Origin: Pseudoxanthomonas sp.
GTDB lineage: Bacteria; Pseudomonadota; Gammaproteobacteria; Xanthomonadales; Xanthomonadaceae
Length of the DNA: 64,000 nucleotides
Direction: 5' to 3'
Assembly: GCF_035999195.1 (NCBI RefSeq)
Contig: NZ_DASYGY010000004.1
Span: forward strand, 58,827 to 122,826
A program made the translations under genes and the position numbers. Each line of letters starts with the position of its first letter. Positions within the stretch are counted from its first letter, which is position 1. This document shows, piece after piece, positions 1 to 10,270 of this stretch. Below the pieces are notes generated by a model. That model was not told the DNA's origin, did no database searches, and saw nothing but the letters and a program-made list of their open reading frames with translations.

Positions 1-1
1 T

Positions 2-505
2 CCGCTCGAACGGAATGCCGGCTTCGACGTCGTCAAGGACAGCATGCCGCCGCCGCGCTATCCCGTATCGCTCGCACGGGCCGGCGCCTCCGGCAGTGTC
101 TTCCTGCTGTTGCGGGTGGGTCGCGACGGCAAAGTGCAGGAGGCGTTCGCCGAGCAGGTCAACCTGCGTTCGCTGGCCACCGAGAACGTGATGCAGAAGG
201 TGCGCGACGGGTTCGCGCAGTCGGCGGTGAGCGCGGCACGGCGCTGGACGTTCACGCCGCCGACGCAGGGTCCGCTGGCCTCGGCCGACTACTGGACCGT
301 GCGCACGACCGTGGACTATCTGCTCGACCTGGACACCTTCCAGTACGGCAAGTGGGTGGCCTATGTGCCCGGCCCGCGGCAGACCGCCGACTGGGTCGAC
401 CAGGAGCTGGCGAAGCAATCGCCCGAGACGCTGGTGGGTGGCGAAACCTACGCGCTGACGGAAGGGGAGCTCCGCCTGCTGACGCCGCTCGGCAGCGGTT
501 CGTGA
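2..505 (+). CDS. TonB C-terminal domain protein (5' truncated by window edge)
   Basis: Frame open from nt 2; PPPRYP..G.SG.V.L...VGRDGKV pattern typical of TonB_C domains. Confidence 0.65.
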   Translation, partial: PLERNAGFDVVKDSMPPPRYPVSLARAGASGSVFLLLRVGRDGKVQEAFAEQVNLRSLATENVMQKVRDGFAQSAVSAARRWTFTPPTQGPLASADYWTVRTTVDYLLDLDTFQYGKWVAYVPGPRQTADWVDQELAKQSPETLVGGETYALTEGELRLLTPLGSGS

Positions 506-531
506 CCGCGCCCGGCATATCCCCGGAAAGC

Positions 532-560
532 AAAACGCCCCGCGATGCGGGGCGTTCTTT
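532..560. terminator. Bidirectional intrinsic terminator between convergent genes
   Basis: aaaacgccccgc-gat-gcggggcgttcttt hairpin with A/T tracts on both sides. Confidence 0.8.
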
Positions 561-577
561 ACTGTTCCGCTTGCGGA

Positions 578-2287
578 TCAGCGCTTCATCGAGCTGAAGA
601 ACTCGTCGTTGGACTTGGTGTTCTTCATCTTGTCCAGCAGGAACTCCATCGCCGCGATCTCGTCCATCGGATGCAGCAGCTTGCGCAGGATCCAGATCTT
701 CTGCAGCAGCTCCGGCTCGATCAGCAGGTCCTCGCGGCGCGTGCCCGAACGGTTGATGTCGATGGCCGGGTAGACGCGCTTCTCGGTGATGCGGCGGTTG
801 AGGTGCACTTCGCTGTTGCCGGTGCCCTTGAACTCTTCGTAGATCACCTCGTCCATCTTGCTGCCGGTCTCGACCAGCGCGGTGGCGATGATGGTCAGCG
901 AGCCGCCTTCCTCGACGTTGCGCGCGGCGCCGAAGAAGCGCTTCGGGCGGTGCAGGGCGTTGGCGTCCACGCCGCCGGTCAGCACCTTGCCGGAGCTGGG
1001 CACGACGTTGTTGTAGGCGCGGGCCAGGCGGGTGATCGAGTCCAGCATGATCACCACGTCCTTCTTGTGCTCGACCAGGCGCTTGGCGCGCTCGATCACC
1101 ATTTCGGCGACCTGCACGTGGCGCGCGGCGGGTTCGTCGAACGTCGAGCTGACCACTTCGCCGCGCACGGTGCGCTGCATTTCGGTCACTTCTTCCGGAC
1201 GCTCGTCCACCAGCAGCACGATCAGGTGCACGTCCGGGTGGTTGGTCGTGATGGCGGTGGCGATCTGCTGCATCATGATCGTCTTGCCCGCCTTGGGCGG
1301 CGACACGATCAGCGCGCGCTGGCCCTTGCCCTGCGGCGCCATCAGGTCGAGGATGCGGCCGGCGATGTCTTCCGACGACCCGTTGCCGCGCTCCAGGGTG
1401 AAACGACGGCGCGGGAACAGCGGCGTCAGGTTCTCGAACAGCACCTTGTTCTTCGACGCTTCCAGCGGCTCGCCGTTGATGGTGTCGATGGTCGACAGCG
1501 CGAAGTAGCGCTCGCCGTCCTTCGGCCAGCGGATGCGGCCGGCCAGGTGGTCGCCGGTGCGCAGGTTGAAGCGGCGGATCTGGCTGGGGCTGATGTAGAC
1601 ATCGTCCGGACCGGCCAGGTAGCTGGCCTCGGCCGCGCGCAGGAAGCCGAAGCCGTCCGGCAGGATTTCCAGCACGCCGTCGGCGGCGACGCCCTCACCG
1701 TGGCGGGTCAGCACCTTCAGCAGCGCGAAGATCACGTCCTGCTTGCGCGCGCGGGCCACGCCTTCCTGGATGTTCAGCTGCTCAGCGATGTCCAGCAGCC
1801 TGGGCGCGGGCATGCGCTTGAGGTCGCCCAGCGAATACTGGGGGAAGCCCTCCGGCACGTTCGGCATCGCGCGCGGCACGAACTGCTCCTGGCCGCCGCC
1901 GTTGCCGTCCTGCGGCATGCCGTCGTTGCCCTGGCGGTCGCGGTTGCGCTCGCGGCGGTTGCGGAAGCGGTCGCGGCGGTTGTTGTTGAAGCGGTTGCCG
2001 TCGCGCTGGTCGTTGCCGCGGTCGCCGCCGTCCTGTTGGCCGCCCTGTCCCTGCGGGGCCGGGGAGGATTCGCCACCGCCCTCGTGGGACGGCGCGGGGG
2101 GAGCGGAAGGCGCGGACTGGGCCGGGGCGCGTTCGGCCGAGACGGGCGGCAGCGGGAGCTGCGGCGCCATCTCGGGCGCACGCTCGGCCGGCGCTGCGGC
2201 GGTGTCGGCGGTGGGCGTCTTGGGGGCGCGGGGCTTGCGCACGCGCTTCTCGGCGGGAGCGCCGGTTTCGTTGCTGCTGTCGGACAA
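578..2287 (-). CDS. rho: Transcription termination factor Rho with long N-terminal extension
   Basis: [51 protein letters not shown] motifs; TTG start at 2287 preceded by GAGGA. Confidence 0.97.
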   Translation of the reverse strand: MSDSSNETGAPAEKRVRKPRAPKTPTADTAAAPAERAPEMAPQLPLPPVSAERAPAQSAPSAPPAPSHEGGGESSPAPQGQGGQQDGGDRGNDQRDGNRFNNNRRDRFRNRRERNRDRQGNDGMPQDGNGGGQEQFVPRAMPNVPEGFPQYSLGDLKRMPAPRLLDIAEQLNIQEGVARARKQDVIFALLKVLTRHGEGVAADGVLEILPDGFGFLRAAEASYLAGPDDVYISPSQIRRFNLRTGDHLAGRIRWPKDGERYFALSTIDTINGEPLEASKNKVLFENLTPLFPRRRFTLERGNGSSEDIAGRILDLMAPQGKGQRALIVSPPKAGKTIMMQQIATAITTNHPDVHLIVLLVDERPEEVTEMQRTVRGEVVSSTFDEPAARHVQVAEMVIERAKRLVEHKKDVVIMLDSITRLARAYNNVVPSSGKVLTGGVDANALHRPKRFFGAARNVEEGGSLTIIATALVETGSKMDEVIYEEFKGTGNSEVHLNRRITEKRVYPAIDINRSGTRREDLLIEPELLQKIWILRKLLHPMDEIAAMEFLLDKMKNTKSNDEFFSSMKR

Positions 2288-2496
2288 GTTGCGAATCCTC
2301 GCTAGGTGGCGAGCGCCGGCGTTGCGGCGGCGGGGTGAAGTGAAGAGTGGGTATTCAGATGGGTGCGGCGCATCCCCTGCGCCGGATTTCGGAGCCGACA
2401 CTATCACCGGCTCCGGGGTAGCGGCAAGCTGCCGGCCTGCCGCGGTTCAAGCGGATTCAGGCTGCGCGCCCGCCTCGGCGGCGCGCAGCGGGCGGA

Positions 2497-2838
2497 TCAG
2501 GCGGCCTGGGTCCCCAGGGCCTTGTCGATCATCTGGGTCAGCTGGCCCTTGCCGACGGCGCCGATCTGGGTGGCCTGGATCTGGCCGTCCTTGAACAGCA
2601 GCAGCATCGGGATGGAACGCACGTGGTACTTGATGGCGGTGGCGCGGTTCTCGTCCACGTTCACCTTGGCGACCTTCAGCTTGCCGCCGTAGGTCTCGGC
2701 CAGTTCGTCCAGGACCGGCGAAATCATCTTGCACGGGCCGCACCATTCGGCCCAGAAGTCCACCAGCACCGGCTCGCCGGACTGCAGTACGGCAGCGTCG
2801 AAATCGGCATCGCCGACGTGGGTCACTTTGTCGCTCAC
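2497..2838 (-). CDS. trxA: Thioredoxin
   Basis: WAEWCGPCK active site; GTG start after GGAG; conserved rhlB-trxA-rho synteny. Confidence 0.96.
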   Translation of the reverse strand: MSDKVTHVGDADFDAAVLQSGEPVLVDFWAEWCGPCKMISPVLDELAETYGGKLKVAKVNVDENRATAIKYHVRSIPMLLLFKDGQIQATQIGAVGKGQLTQMIDKALGTQAA

Positions 2839-3064
2839 GGGGATCTCCTGCGGGGTCCGCGGACGGGCGCGGACGGGTTCGGGCCGGGACGGCCACCACG
2901 ATTGGGGTAAACTGGGGCGTTCCGCGACCTTTATCAAGGGTTTCCAGGTGGTCGCGCAACCCGGCACAGGGGGCGCAGTGTGCGACGCCGGTCAGGCCGT
3001 TGCAAGCACACCCACCGCATTCATACGAGACGCGCGCGGAACACAGCGACGCAAAGAAGAAGGC

Positions 3065-4759
3065 ATGAGCGACAAACCGTTAACCGATATCACGTTCTCC
3101 TCGTTCGACCTGCATCCGGCGCTGCTCGCCGGCCTGGAAGGCGCAGGTTTCTCCCGTTGCACGCCGATCCAGGCGATGACGCTGCCGGTGGCCCTGAAGG
3201 GCGGCGACGTCGCCGGCCAGGCGCAGACCGGCACCGGCAAGACGCTGGCCTTCCTGGTCGCGGTGATGAACCGCCTGTTGACCCGCCCGGCGCTGGCCGA
3301 CCGCAAGCCGGAGGATCCGCGCGCGCTGATCCTGGCGCCGACCCGCGAACTGGCCATCCAGATCCACAAGGACGCGGTGAAGTTCGGCGCCGACCTCGGC
3401 CTGCGCTTCGCGCTGGTGTACGGCGGCGTGGACTACGACAAGCAGCGTGAACTGCTGCAGCAGGGCGTGGACGTCATCATCGCCACGCCGGGCCGCCTGA
3501 TCGACTACGTCAAGCAGCACAAGGTGGTCAGCCTGCACGCCTGCGAGATGTGCGTGCTGGACGAAGCCGACCGCATGTTCGACCTCGGCTTCATCAAGGA
3601 CATCCGCTTCCTGCTGCGCCGCATGCCCGAGCGCACCACGCGGCAGACGCTGCTGTTCTCGGCCACGCTGTCGCACCGCGTGCTGGAACTGGCGTACGAA
3701 CACATGAACGAGCCGGAGAAGCTCGTCGTCGAGACCGAGTTCATCACCGCGGCCAAGGTGCGGCAGAAGCTGTACTACCCGGCCGACGAAGAGAAGATCC
3801 CGCTGCTGATCGGCCTGCTGTCGCGCAGCGAAGGCGCGCGCACGATGGTGTTCGTCAACACCAAGGCGTTCGTCGAGCGCGTGGCGCGCGCGCTGGAGCG
3901 GGCCGGCTACCGCGTGGGCGTGCTGTCCGGCGATGTGCCGCAGAAGAAGCGCGAGTCCTTGCTGAAGAAGTTCCAGGCCGGCCAGCTGGAACTGCTGGTG
4001 GCGACCGACGTGGCCGCGCGTGGCCTGCACATCGACGGCGTGTCGCACGTGTTCAACTTCGACCTGCCGTTCGATGCCGAGGACTACGTGCACCGCATCG
4101 GCCGTACCGCGCGCCTGGGCGCCGAGGGCGACGCGATCAGCTTCGCCTGCGAGCGCTATGCGATGTCGCTGCCGGACATCGAGGCCTACATCGAGCAGAA
4201 GATCCCGTCCGAGCCGGTCACTGCCGAACTGCTGACGGCGCTGCCGCGTCCTGAGCGTCCCAAGCCGGCCGCCGGCGAGGGCGACGGCGAAGAGGAGAGC
4301 GTCAGCCAGATCTTCCGCGAAGCGCGCGAGCAGAAGGCCGCCGACGAGGAGCGTCGTGGCGGTGGTCGCAAGCCGGGTGGCTCCGGCGGCGCGGGTCGCC
4401 GCGAGGGTGCTGGCCGCCGCGAGGGCGGTCGTCGCGAAGGCCCGCGTTCGGCCGACGGCAAGCCGCGTCCGCCGCGCGCGCCGCGTCCGGAAGGCGAAGC
4501 GGCCAGGCCGCAGGTAACGCGCCCGACGAACGAAGAAGTCCGTGCCGACGCGGTCGCGTTGCCGGAAGGCGAACGCAAGCCGCCGCGCAAGCGTCGTCGC
4601 CGTCGCCACGGCAAGCCGATCGAAGGCGCGGAGGCGGCGATCGCGAATGCGGCACCGGCCGCCGCCAAGCCGGCACCCGCGCCGACGCCGGCCGACGACA
4701 ATACGGGCTTCCTGACCCGACTGGGTCGCAAGATCCGCTCGCTGGTGTCGGGCGGCTGA
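3065..4759 (+). CDS. rhlB: DEAD-box RNA helicase RhlB
   Basis: [29 protein letters not shown] motifs; MSDKPLTD N-terminus; divergent from trxA. Confidence 0.95.
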   Translation: MSDKPLTDITFSSFDLHPALLAGLEGAGFSRCTPIQAMTLPVALKGGDVAGQAQTGTGKTLAFLVAVMNRLLTRPALADRKPEDPRALILAPTRELAIQIHKDAVKFGADLGLRFALVYGGVDYDKQRELLQQGVDVIIATPGRLIDYVKQHKVVSLHACEMCVLDEADRMFDLGFIKDIRFLLRRMPERTTRQTLLFSATLSHRVLELAYEHMNEPEKLVVETEFITAAKVRQKLYYPADEEKIPLLIGLLSRSEGARTMVFVNTKAFVERVARALERAGYRVGVLSGDVPQKKRESLLKKFQAGQLELLVATDVAARGLHIDGVSHVFNFDLPFDAEDYVHRIGRTARLGAEGDAISFACERYAMSLPDIEAYIEQKIPSEPVTAELLTALPRPERPKPAAGEGDGEEESVSQIFREAREQKAADEERRGGGRKPGGSGGAGRREGAGRREGGRREGPRSADGKPRPPRAPRPEGEAARPQVTRPTNEEVRADAVALPEGERKPPRKRRRRRHGKPIEGAEAAIANAAPAAAKPAPAPTPADDNTGFLTRLGRKIRSLVSGG

Positions 4760-4784
4760 TCCGGGCTGCCATGCCTCCGCGAAG

Positions 4785-4812
4785 AAGCCGGGCATGTCCC
4801 GGCTTTTTCTTT
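4785..4812 (+). terminator. Intrinsic terminator after rhlB
   Basis: aagccggg-catgt-cccggctt followed by tttcttt. Confidence 0.8.
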
Positions 4813-4859
4813 GCGGCGAGCATGACCGCGTCTCGCGCGCTCCGGCATAATCGACGCAC

Positions 4860-5546
4860 ATGAGCGTCCTCCGATTCGAAAACGTCAGCAAGCAGTACCC
4901 CGGCGGCCACGCGGCGCTGGAGGACGTCAGCTTCGAGGTGGCCGAGGGCGAGATGCTGTTCGTCACCGGGCATTCCGGTGCCGGCAAGAGCACGCTGCTG
5001 AAGCTGATCCACCTGAGCGAGCGGCCCAGCCGCGGCGCGGTGGTGTTCGGCGGCAGGAATCTGCTGAAGGTGCGCGGCGGTCGCATCCCGCTGCATCGTC
5101 GCGAGGTGGGCGCGGTCTATCAGGACCATCGCCTGCTGACCGACCGCACGGTGATGGAAAACGTCTCGCTGCCGCTGATCCTGCGCGGCGACCGTCGCAA
5201 CGACATCGGCAAGCGCGTGCGCGAAGTGCTGGCGCGCCTGGGGTTGGGCCATCGCGAGAAGGCGCTGCCCACGCAACTGTCCGCCGGTGAACAGCAGCGC
5301 GTCGGCATCGCGCGCGCCATCGTCGCCGAGCCGCGCCTGCTGGTGGCCGACGAGCCCACCGGCAACCTCGATCCCACGCTGGCGGCGGAGATAATGTCGC
5401 TGTTCGCGTCCATGCCCGAGCGCGGCACCAGCGTGCTGGTGGTCAGCCACGACCTGTCGCTGCTCAAGCGCATGAAGAAGCGCGTGCTGATCCTCGACCA
5501 CGGCAGGCTGGTCGACGACATCTCGCCGGCGGACCTGGCCGAATGA
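4860..5546 (+). CDS. ftsE: Cell division ATP-binding protein FtsE
   Basis: GHSGAGKST Walker A, LSAGEQQRV signature, DEPTGNLD; 4-nt overlap with ftsX. Confidence 0.93.
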   Translation: MSVLRFENVSKQYPGGHAALEDVSFEVAEGEMLFVTGHSGAGKSTLLKLIHLSERPSRGAVVFGGRNLLKVRGGRIPLHRREVGAVYQDHRLLTDRTVMENVSLPLILRGDRRNDIGKRVREVLARLGLGHREKALPTQLSAGEQQRVGIARAIVAEPRLLVADEPTGNLDPTLAAEIMSLFASMPERGTSVLVVSHDLSLLKRMKKRVLILDHGRLVDDISPADLAE

Positions 5547-6487
5547 GCGACGCGAAGAACAGCCGCGCGCAGGCGCGCTCCGGGTTCGGCATCTGGCTGG
5601 ACCAGCATCTCTACAGTTTCGTGTCCAGCCTGGGTCGCACCGTGCGCCGCCCCTGGGCCACGCTGCTGACGATCGGCGTGATGGCGGTCGCGTTCGTGCT
5701 GCCGCTGGGCCTGTGGCTGGCGCTGCAGAACGTCGGCCATTTCGCCGGCGATGTGCAGCAGTCGCGCGAGATCGACCTGTTCCTCACGCCGGACACCCCG
5801 GTAGCGCGTGCGCAGGCGCTGGCCGAGTCGCTGCGCGGCCGCGACGATGTCGCCCGCGTCGAACTGCGCACGCCCGAACAGGGCCTGGCGGAATTCCGCG
5901 AGCGCAGTGGCCTGGCCGGGTCGCTGGACCTGCTGGACGGCAATCCGCTGCCCGCATTGCTGGTGGTGGTCCCCGAAGGCGACGATGCACGCCTGGTGGC
6001 GGCGCTCGAGGCGCTGCCGGAGACCGACCTGCTGCAGCACGATGCAGCCTGGCGCGAGCGGCTCGCCGGCTGGATGGGCTTCGGCAAGCGCCTGGTCTGG
6101 GTGCTCGCCGCGCTGTTCGGACTCGGTGCGCTGCTGGTGGTCGGCAATACCGTGCGGCTGGACATCCAGTCGCGGCGCGAGGAAATCGGCGTGCTGCAGT
6201 TGCTCGGCGCCAGCGATGGCTTCATCCGCCGTCCGTTCGTCTATCTGGGTGCGTGGTACGGCCTGGCGGCGGGCGCGCTGGCGCTGGGGCTGCTGACGCT
6301 GGCGGCGCTGGCGCTGCAGGAGCCGCTGGCGGCGCTGGCGCGCAGCTATGGCAGTCCGTTCGTGCTGGCCGGGCTGGATCCGGCCGGTGCGACGGTCGTC
6401 GTCGTGGCGGCTACGGCGATCGGCTGGCTGGGCGCATGGCTGGTGACCGGCCACTTCTTGCGTCAGACTCGCCCGACCGCCACCTGA
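5543..6487 (+). CDS. ftsX: Cell division permease FtsX
   Basis: 4-TM topology; VGNTVRLDIQSRREEIGVLQLLGASDGFIRRPF motif. Confidence 0.92.
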   Translation: MSDAKNSRAQARSGFGIWLDQHLYSFVSSLGRTVRRPWATLLTIGVMAVAFVLPLGLWLALQNVGHFAGDVQQSREIDLFLTPDTPVARAQALAESLRGRDDVARVELRTPEQGLAEFRERSGLAGSLDLLDGNPLPALLVVVPEGDDARLVAALEALPETDLLQHDAAWRERLAGWMGFGKRLVWVLAALFGLGALLVVGNTVRLDIQSRREEIGVLQLLGASDGFIRRPFVYLGAWYGLAAGALALGLLTLAALALQEPLAALARSYGSPFVLAGLDPAGATVVVVAATAIGWLGAWLVTGHFLRQTRPTAT

Positions 6488-6503
6488 CCCCCTGCGCATC
6501 TTC

Positions 6504-7343
6504 ATGGCCCAAGAGCTCCGGCATCTGATCAGCGACGCGCCCCGCGTGATGGTGGTGGACGGGTCCAAGCTGGTGCGCAAGCTGATCGCCGATGTGCTGC
6601 AGCGCGATCTGCCCGGCGTGCAGGTGATCGGCTGCGCCAGCATCGCCGAAGCGCGCGAGGCGCTGGCGGCCGGCGAGGTGCATCTGGTCACCACCGCGCT
6701 GGCACTGCCCGACGGCGACGGCATGGAGATCGCGCGCAGCGTGCGCGAGGCGGCGGGCCAGGCCTACGTACCGGTCATCGTGGTGTCCGGCGACGCGCAA
6801 CAGCACCTGGAAGAGCGCCGCTTCACCGAATACGTCACCGACTATTTCGACAAGGCGCTGGGCCACGAGGCCCTGGCGACCTTCATCCGCGGCTACGTGC
6901 AGCCCGAGCCGGTGACCGGCGCCACCATCCTCTATATCGAGGACAGCCGCGTCGTGGCCGAAACCACCAAGCGCATGCTGGAGCGGCAGTCGCTCAACGT
7001 GGTGCACGTGCTGCGCGCGGAGGATGCGTTCGCGCTGCTCACCGCCGAATCGCTGGGCCTGTCCACGCACAAGTTCGACCTGGTGCTGACGGACGTGATC
7101 CTGAAGGGCGAACTGAGCGGGCGCGACATCGTGCAGCGCATCCGGGTGGATTTCGCCTACGGCAAGCGACGCCTGCCGATCCTGGTGATGACCGGCGACA
7201 GCAACCGCGACAACCAGGCCGAACTGCTGCAGGCCGGCGCCAACGACCTGGTGCTCAAGCCGATCGCCGAGCGGCTGCTGGTGACCAAGGTGCTGTTCCA
7301 GCTGCGCTTGGCGCGCATGGACGAATCGCGCAGCCTGGTCTGA
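6504..7343 (+). CDS. Tandem receiver (REC-REC) response regulator without output domain
   Basis: Two CheY-like units (VMVVDGS...; ILYIEDS...DLVLTDV...KP). Confidence 0.85.
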   Translation: MAQELRHLISDAPRVMVVDGSKLVRKLIADVLQRDLPGVQVIGCASIAEAREALAAGEVHLVTTALALPDGDGMEIARSVREAAGQAYVPVIVVSGDAQQHLEERRFTEYVTDYFDKALGHEALATFIRGYVQPEPVTGATILYIEDSRVVAETTKRMLERQSLNVVHVLRAEDAFALLTAESLGLSTHKFDLVLTDVILKGELSGRDIVQRIRVDFAYGKRRLPILVMTGDSNRDNQAELLQAGANDLVLKPIAERLLVTKVLFQLRLARMDESRSLV

Positions 7344-7359
7344 GCCGCACGCCGCACCC

Positions 7360-8067
7360 ATGACCGACGAGGACCGCATCAAGCTCGAGCCTTCGTGGAA
7401 GGCGCATGTCGGCGACTGGCTGCAGCGGCCGGACATGCGCGAGCTGTCGGCGTTCCTGCGCCAGCGCAAGGCGGCCGGTGCGCGCATCTACCCGCCGGGG
7501 CCGCAGATCTTCGCCGCGTTCGATGCCACCCCGTTCGACGAGGTGAAAGTCGTGATCCTGGGGCAGGATCCGTACCACGGCCCGGGCCAGGCGCACGGCC
7601 TGTGTTTCTCCGTGCTGCCCGGCGTGCCGGTGCCGCCGTCGCTGCTCAACATCTACAAGGAAATCAACGCCGACCTCGGCATCGCGCCGCCGGACCACGG
7701 CTGCCTGCTGCCGTGGGCGCGGCAGGGCGTGCTGCTGCTCAATGCCGTGCTGACGGTCGAGGAGGGCCGTGCGGGCGCGCACCAGGGCAAGGGCTGGGAA
7801 GGGTTCACCGACCATGCCATCGAAACGCTGGCGCGCGAACGCGAGGATCTGGTGTTCCTGTTGTGGGGCAGCTACGCACAGGCCAAGGGCAAGGTGATCG
7901 ACACGCGGCGCCACCGTGTGCTGCGTGCGCCGCATCCGTCGCCGCTGTCGGCGCATCGCGGCTTCCTGGGCTGCGGGCATTTCAGTGCGACCAACCAGTA
8001 CCTCGTCCAGCGCGGCAAGGCGCCCATCGACTGGCGGCTGCCGCCGAGGGAAAAGCTGGTCCTGTAG
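7360..8067 (+). CDS. ung: Uracil-DNA glycosylase
   Basis: GQDPYH and HPSPLS motifs. Confidence 0.96.
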   Translation: MTDEDRIKLEPSWKAHVGDWLQRPDMRELSAFLRQRKAAGARIYPPGPQIFAAFDATPFDEVKVVILGQDPYHGPGQAHGLCFSVLPGVPVPPSLLNIYKEINADLGIAPPDHGCLLPWARQGVLLLNAVLTVEEGRAGAHQGKGWEGFTDHAIETLAREREDLVFLLWGSYAQAKGKVIDTRRHRVLRAPHPSPLSAHRGFLGCGHFSATNQYLVQRGKAPIDWRLPPREKLVL

Positions 8068-8110
8068 CGTGCGCCATGCGCACGACCCGGGATCCATCCG
8101 TTTGGGGTGT

Positions 8111-8177
8111 TGTGGGAGCGACGTAAGTCGCGATGAAGCTTTACCGGTAGATCATCGCGACTTGCTTCGCTCCCACA
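8111..8177. repeat. REP doublet (family A), inverted pair
   Basis: tgtgggagcgacgtaagtcgcga ... tcgcgacttgcttcgctcccaca; related copies at 44414, 51442, 57782 and 58401. Confidence 0.88.
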
Positions 8178-8199
8178 GCCGAGGATCCCGGGTCCGGCG

Positions 8200-8760
8200 T
8201 CAGCGCGTACGGCGACGCTTCTGCGGCGGTGAGACGGGCGGGGGCGGGGTGACCGGGATGTTCCGGATCTCGGCCTGCAGCTCTTCCAGCATCGGCACCA
8301 TCTTCTGCTGCACGGCGCTCATGATGTTCTGCATCAGGGCCGGATTCTTGTCGAGCATGCGCTGGCCGGCGGCGCTTTCGTAGAACTTGCTGATCGCGCG
8401 CACGTCCTCGCGGCTGTAGGTCTTCTTGTAGACCTCCAGGTAGACCGGCCGCATCTGTTCCCACGACAACGCCTTGCGGATGATCTCCTGGGTCTTGGCC
8501 TGGATGCGGGCGACTTCGGCCTTCTGTTCCTCGGTCATTTCCTGGCCGGCGAAATGCTTGTCGAACTCCTGCTGCTGCACGGCCTCCATCTGCGGGATCA
8601 TGCCTGCCAGCAGGCTCTCGGCGCGCGACGCCTTCAGCAGGCGGTCGATGTCGGCATCGGACGGTTCGGCCGCGAAGGCGGTGCCGGCGCAGGCCAGCGC
8701 GACGATGACGAGGAGAAGGCGGGAAAGCCGGCGGGCTGCGGTCAGCGAAGAGGCAATCAT
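8200..8760 (-). CDS. Exported DUF2059-like protein
   Basis: Signal peptide (ACAGTAFA); VYKKTYSREDVRAISKFYESAAGQRM pattern. Confidence 0.75.
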   Translation of the reverse strand: MIASSLTAARRLSRLLLVIVALACAGTAFAAEPSDADIDRLLKASRAESLLAGMIPQMEAVQQQEFDKHFAGQEMTEEQKAEVARIQAKTQEIIRKALSWEQMRPVYLEVYKKTYSREDVRAISKFYESAAGQRMLDKNPALMQNIMSAVQQKMVPMLEELQAEIRNIPVTPPPPVSPPQKRRRTR

Positions 8761-8884
8761 GCAGTGCGGGTGGCGTGGAGCGGGGGCACAGGGTGCCTGC
8801 CGGGGAGTAAATCAGACGTTAACTGGCGCCCATCCTGCAGCGCTACGCTACGAACCGTCGCCCATCCTGACTACAATCCGCGGC

Positions 8885-9319
8885 ATGGGGAGCCCCGCAC
8901 TCGAGATCACGCCGACGCTGGCGATTCCGGACGACGAACTGGTCGAGCGCTTCGTGCGCGCGAGCGGCGCGGGCGGCCAGAACGTCAACAAGGTGGCCAC
9001 GGCGGTGGAGCTGCGCTTCGACGTGGCGGGTTCGCCGTCGCTGCCGGAGCCGCTGCGCGAGCGTCTGCTGACCAGGCGCGACCGCCGCCTGACCGACGAC
9101 GGCGTGCTGGTGATCGACGCGCAGCGCTTCCGTACCCAGGACCGCAACCGCCAGGACGCGCGCGAGCGCCTGGCCGCGCTGATCGCCGCGGCGCTGGTGG
9201 TGCCGAAGAAACGCATCGCCACCAAGCCATCGCGCGCGGCCAAGGCGCGCCGGCTGGACGCCAAGCGCGGACGCAGCGAGGTCAAGCGCGGGCGGTCGCA
9301 GAAGAACCAATGGGAGTAA
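8885..9319 (+). CDS. arfB: Alternative ribosome rescue factor ArfB (peptidyl-tRNA hydrolase)
   Basis: RASGAGGQNVNKV GGQ motif; basic C-terminal tail. Confidence 0.95.
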   Translation: MGSPALEITPTLAIPDDELVERFVRASGAGGQNVNKVATAVELRFDVAGSPSLPEPLRERLLTRRDRRLTDDGVLVIDAQRFRTQDRNRQDARERLAALIAAALVVPKKRIATKPSRAAKARRLDAKRGRSEVKRGRSQKNQWE

Positions 9320-9323
9320 CCGC

Positions 9324-9920
9324 TTGAGCCACGACATCGTCCCGCGCATCCCGCCGAACATGCCGCAGGTGCCGCCCAACCGCTTCACCCGCTGGATGGG
9401 CCGCACGTTCCTGCGCATGTTCGGCTGGAAGATCGTCGGCACGCTGCCGGACCTGCCCAAGCTGGTGATGATCGTGGCGCCGCATTCGTCCAACTGGGAC
9501 GGTATCTGGGGCATGGCGGCGAAGATCGCGATGGGCTTTCAGGTGCGCGTGCTGGGCAAGGCGCAGCTGTTCTGGTGGCCGCTGTCGCCGCTGCTGCGCA
9601 AGCTGGGCGTGGTGCCGGTGGACCGCAGTTCGCCGCAGGGCACGGTGGAGCAGGCCGTGCGCATGCTGCGGCAGTCCGAGAAGATGTGGTTCGCGCTGAC
9701 GCCGGAAGGCACGCGCAAGCGCGTGGACAGGTGGAAGGGCGGTTTCCTGAAGATCGCCCACCAGGCGCAGGTGCCCATCCTGATGGCGTACTTCCACTAT
9801 CCGGAGAAGATCATCGGCATCGGCGACGTGTACTACCCGACCGGCGACATGGACACCGACATGCGCGCGATCCGTGAGTGGTATCAGCCTTGGCAGGGGA
9901 AGAATCGCGGGACGGTGTGA
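9324..9920 (+). CDS. PlsC-like lysophospholipid acyltransferase
   Basis: PHSSNWD (HxxxxD) and PEGTR motifs; TTG start. Confidence 0.85.
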   Translation: MSHDIVPRIPPNMPQVPPNRFTRWMGRTFLRMFGWKIVGTLPDLPKLVMIVAPHSSNWDGIWGMAAKIAMGFQVRVLGKAQLFWWPLSPLLRKLGVVPVDRSSPQGTVEQAVRMLRQSEKMWFALTPEGTRKRVDRWKGGFLKIAHQAQVPILMAYFHYPEKIIGIGDVYYPTGDMDTDMRAIREWYQPWQGKNRGTV

Positions 9921-10216
9921 TGCGTATCGCCCGTTGGCGCATCCTGTGCCTGCTGCCATGTCTGGCGGCTTGCGGTGCGCATACGCCCGGTGCGGATAAG
10001 ATGGAGCGCGAAGCGCAGGCAAGGCATCCCGGTTGCGTGCTGGTCGATGCGGGGCCGGGTGAGGGCGACTCCGACGCTGTTTACATGATCTTGGACATGC
10101 GGTGCGCCGGCGACGCGATGCGGCGGTTCGAGGCGCTCTATAAGCGCAGCGGCGACCGATGGATCTACCGGTCTGAATCGGAGGTCGATCCCGCATTTCC
10201 CAACGATGCGCCGTAA
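9920..10216 (+). CDS. Small hypothetical lipoprotein
   Basis: TGATG coupling with upstream stop; lipobox LAAC; 98 aa. Confidence 0.6.
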   Translation: MRIARWRILCLLPCLAACGAHTPGADKMEREAQARHPGCVLVDAGPGEGDSDAVYMILDMRCAGDAMRRFEALYKRSGDRWIYRSESEVDPAFPNDAP

Positions 10217-10219
10217 ACG

Positions 10220-10247
10220 AGAAGGCCCGCCTTTCGGCGGGCCTTCT
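10220..10247. terminator. Bidirectional terminator
   Basis: agaaggcccgcc-tttc-ggcgggccttct between convergent genes. Confidence 0.8.
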
Positions 10248-10270
10248 TGCGATCAAGTGCGTTGCGGAAC

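Noticed and set aside
2288-2407. Extended rho start at 2407; similar long N-extensions for trxA, rhlB, motA, rtcB, slipin and yajQ in the ORF track
   Set aside because: Downstream starts have RBS and match family N-termini; the extensions are non-coding leaders
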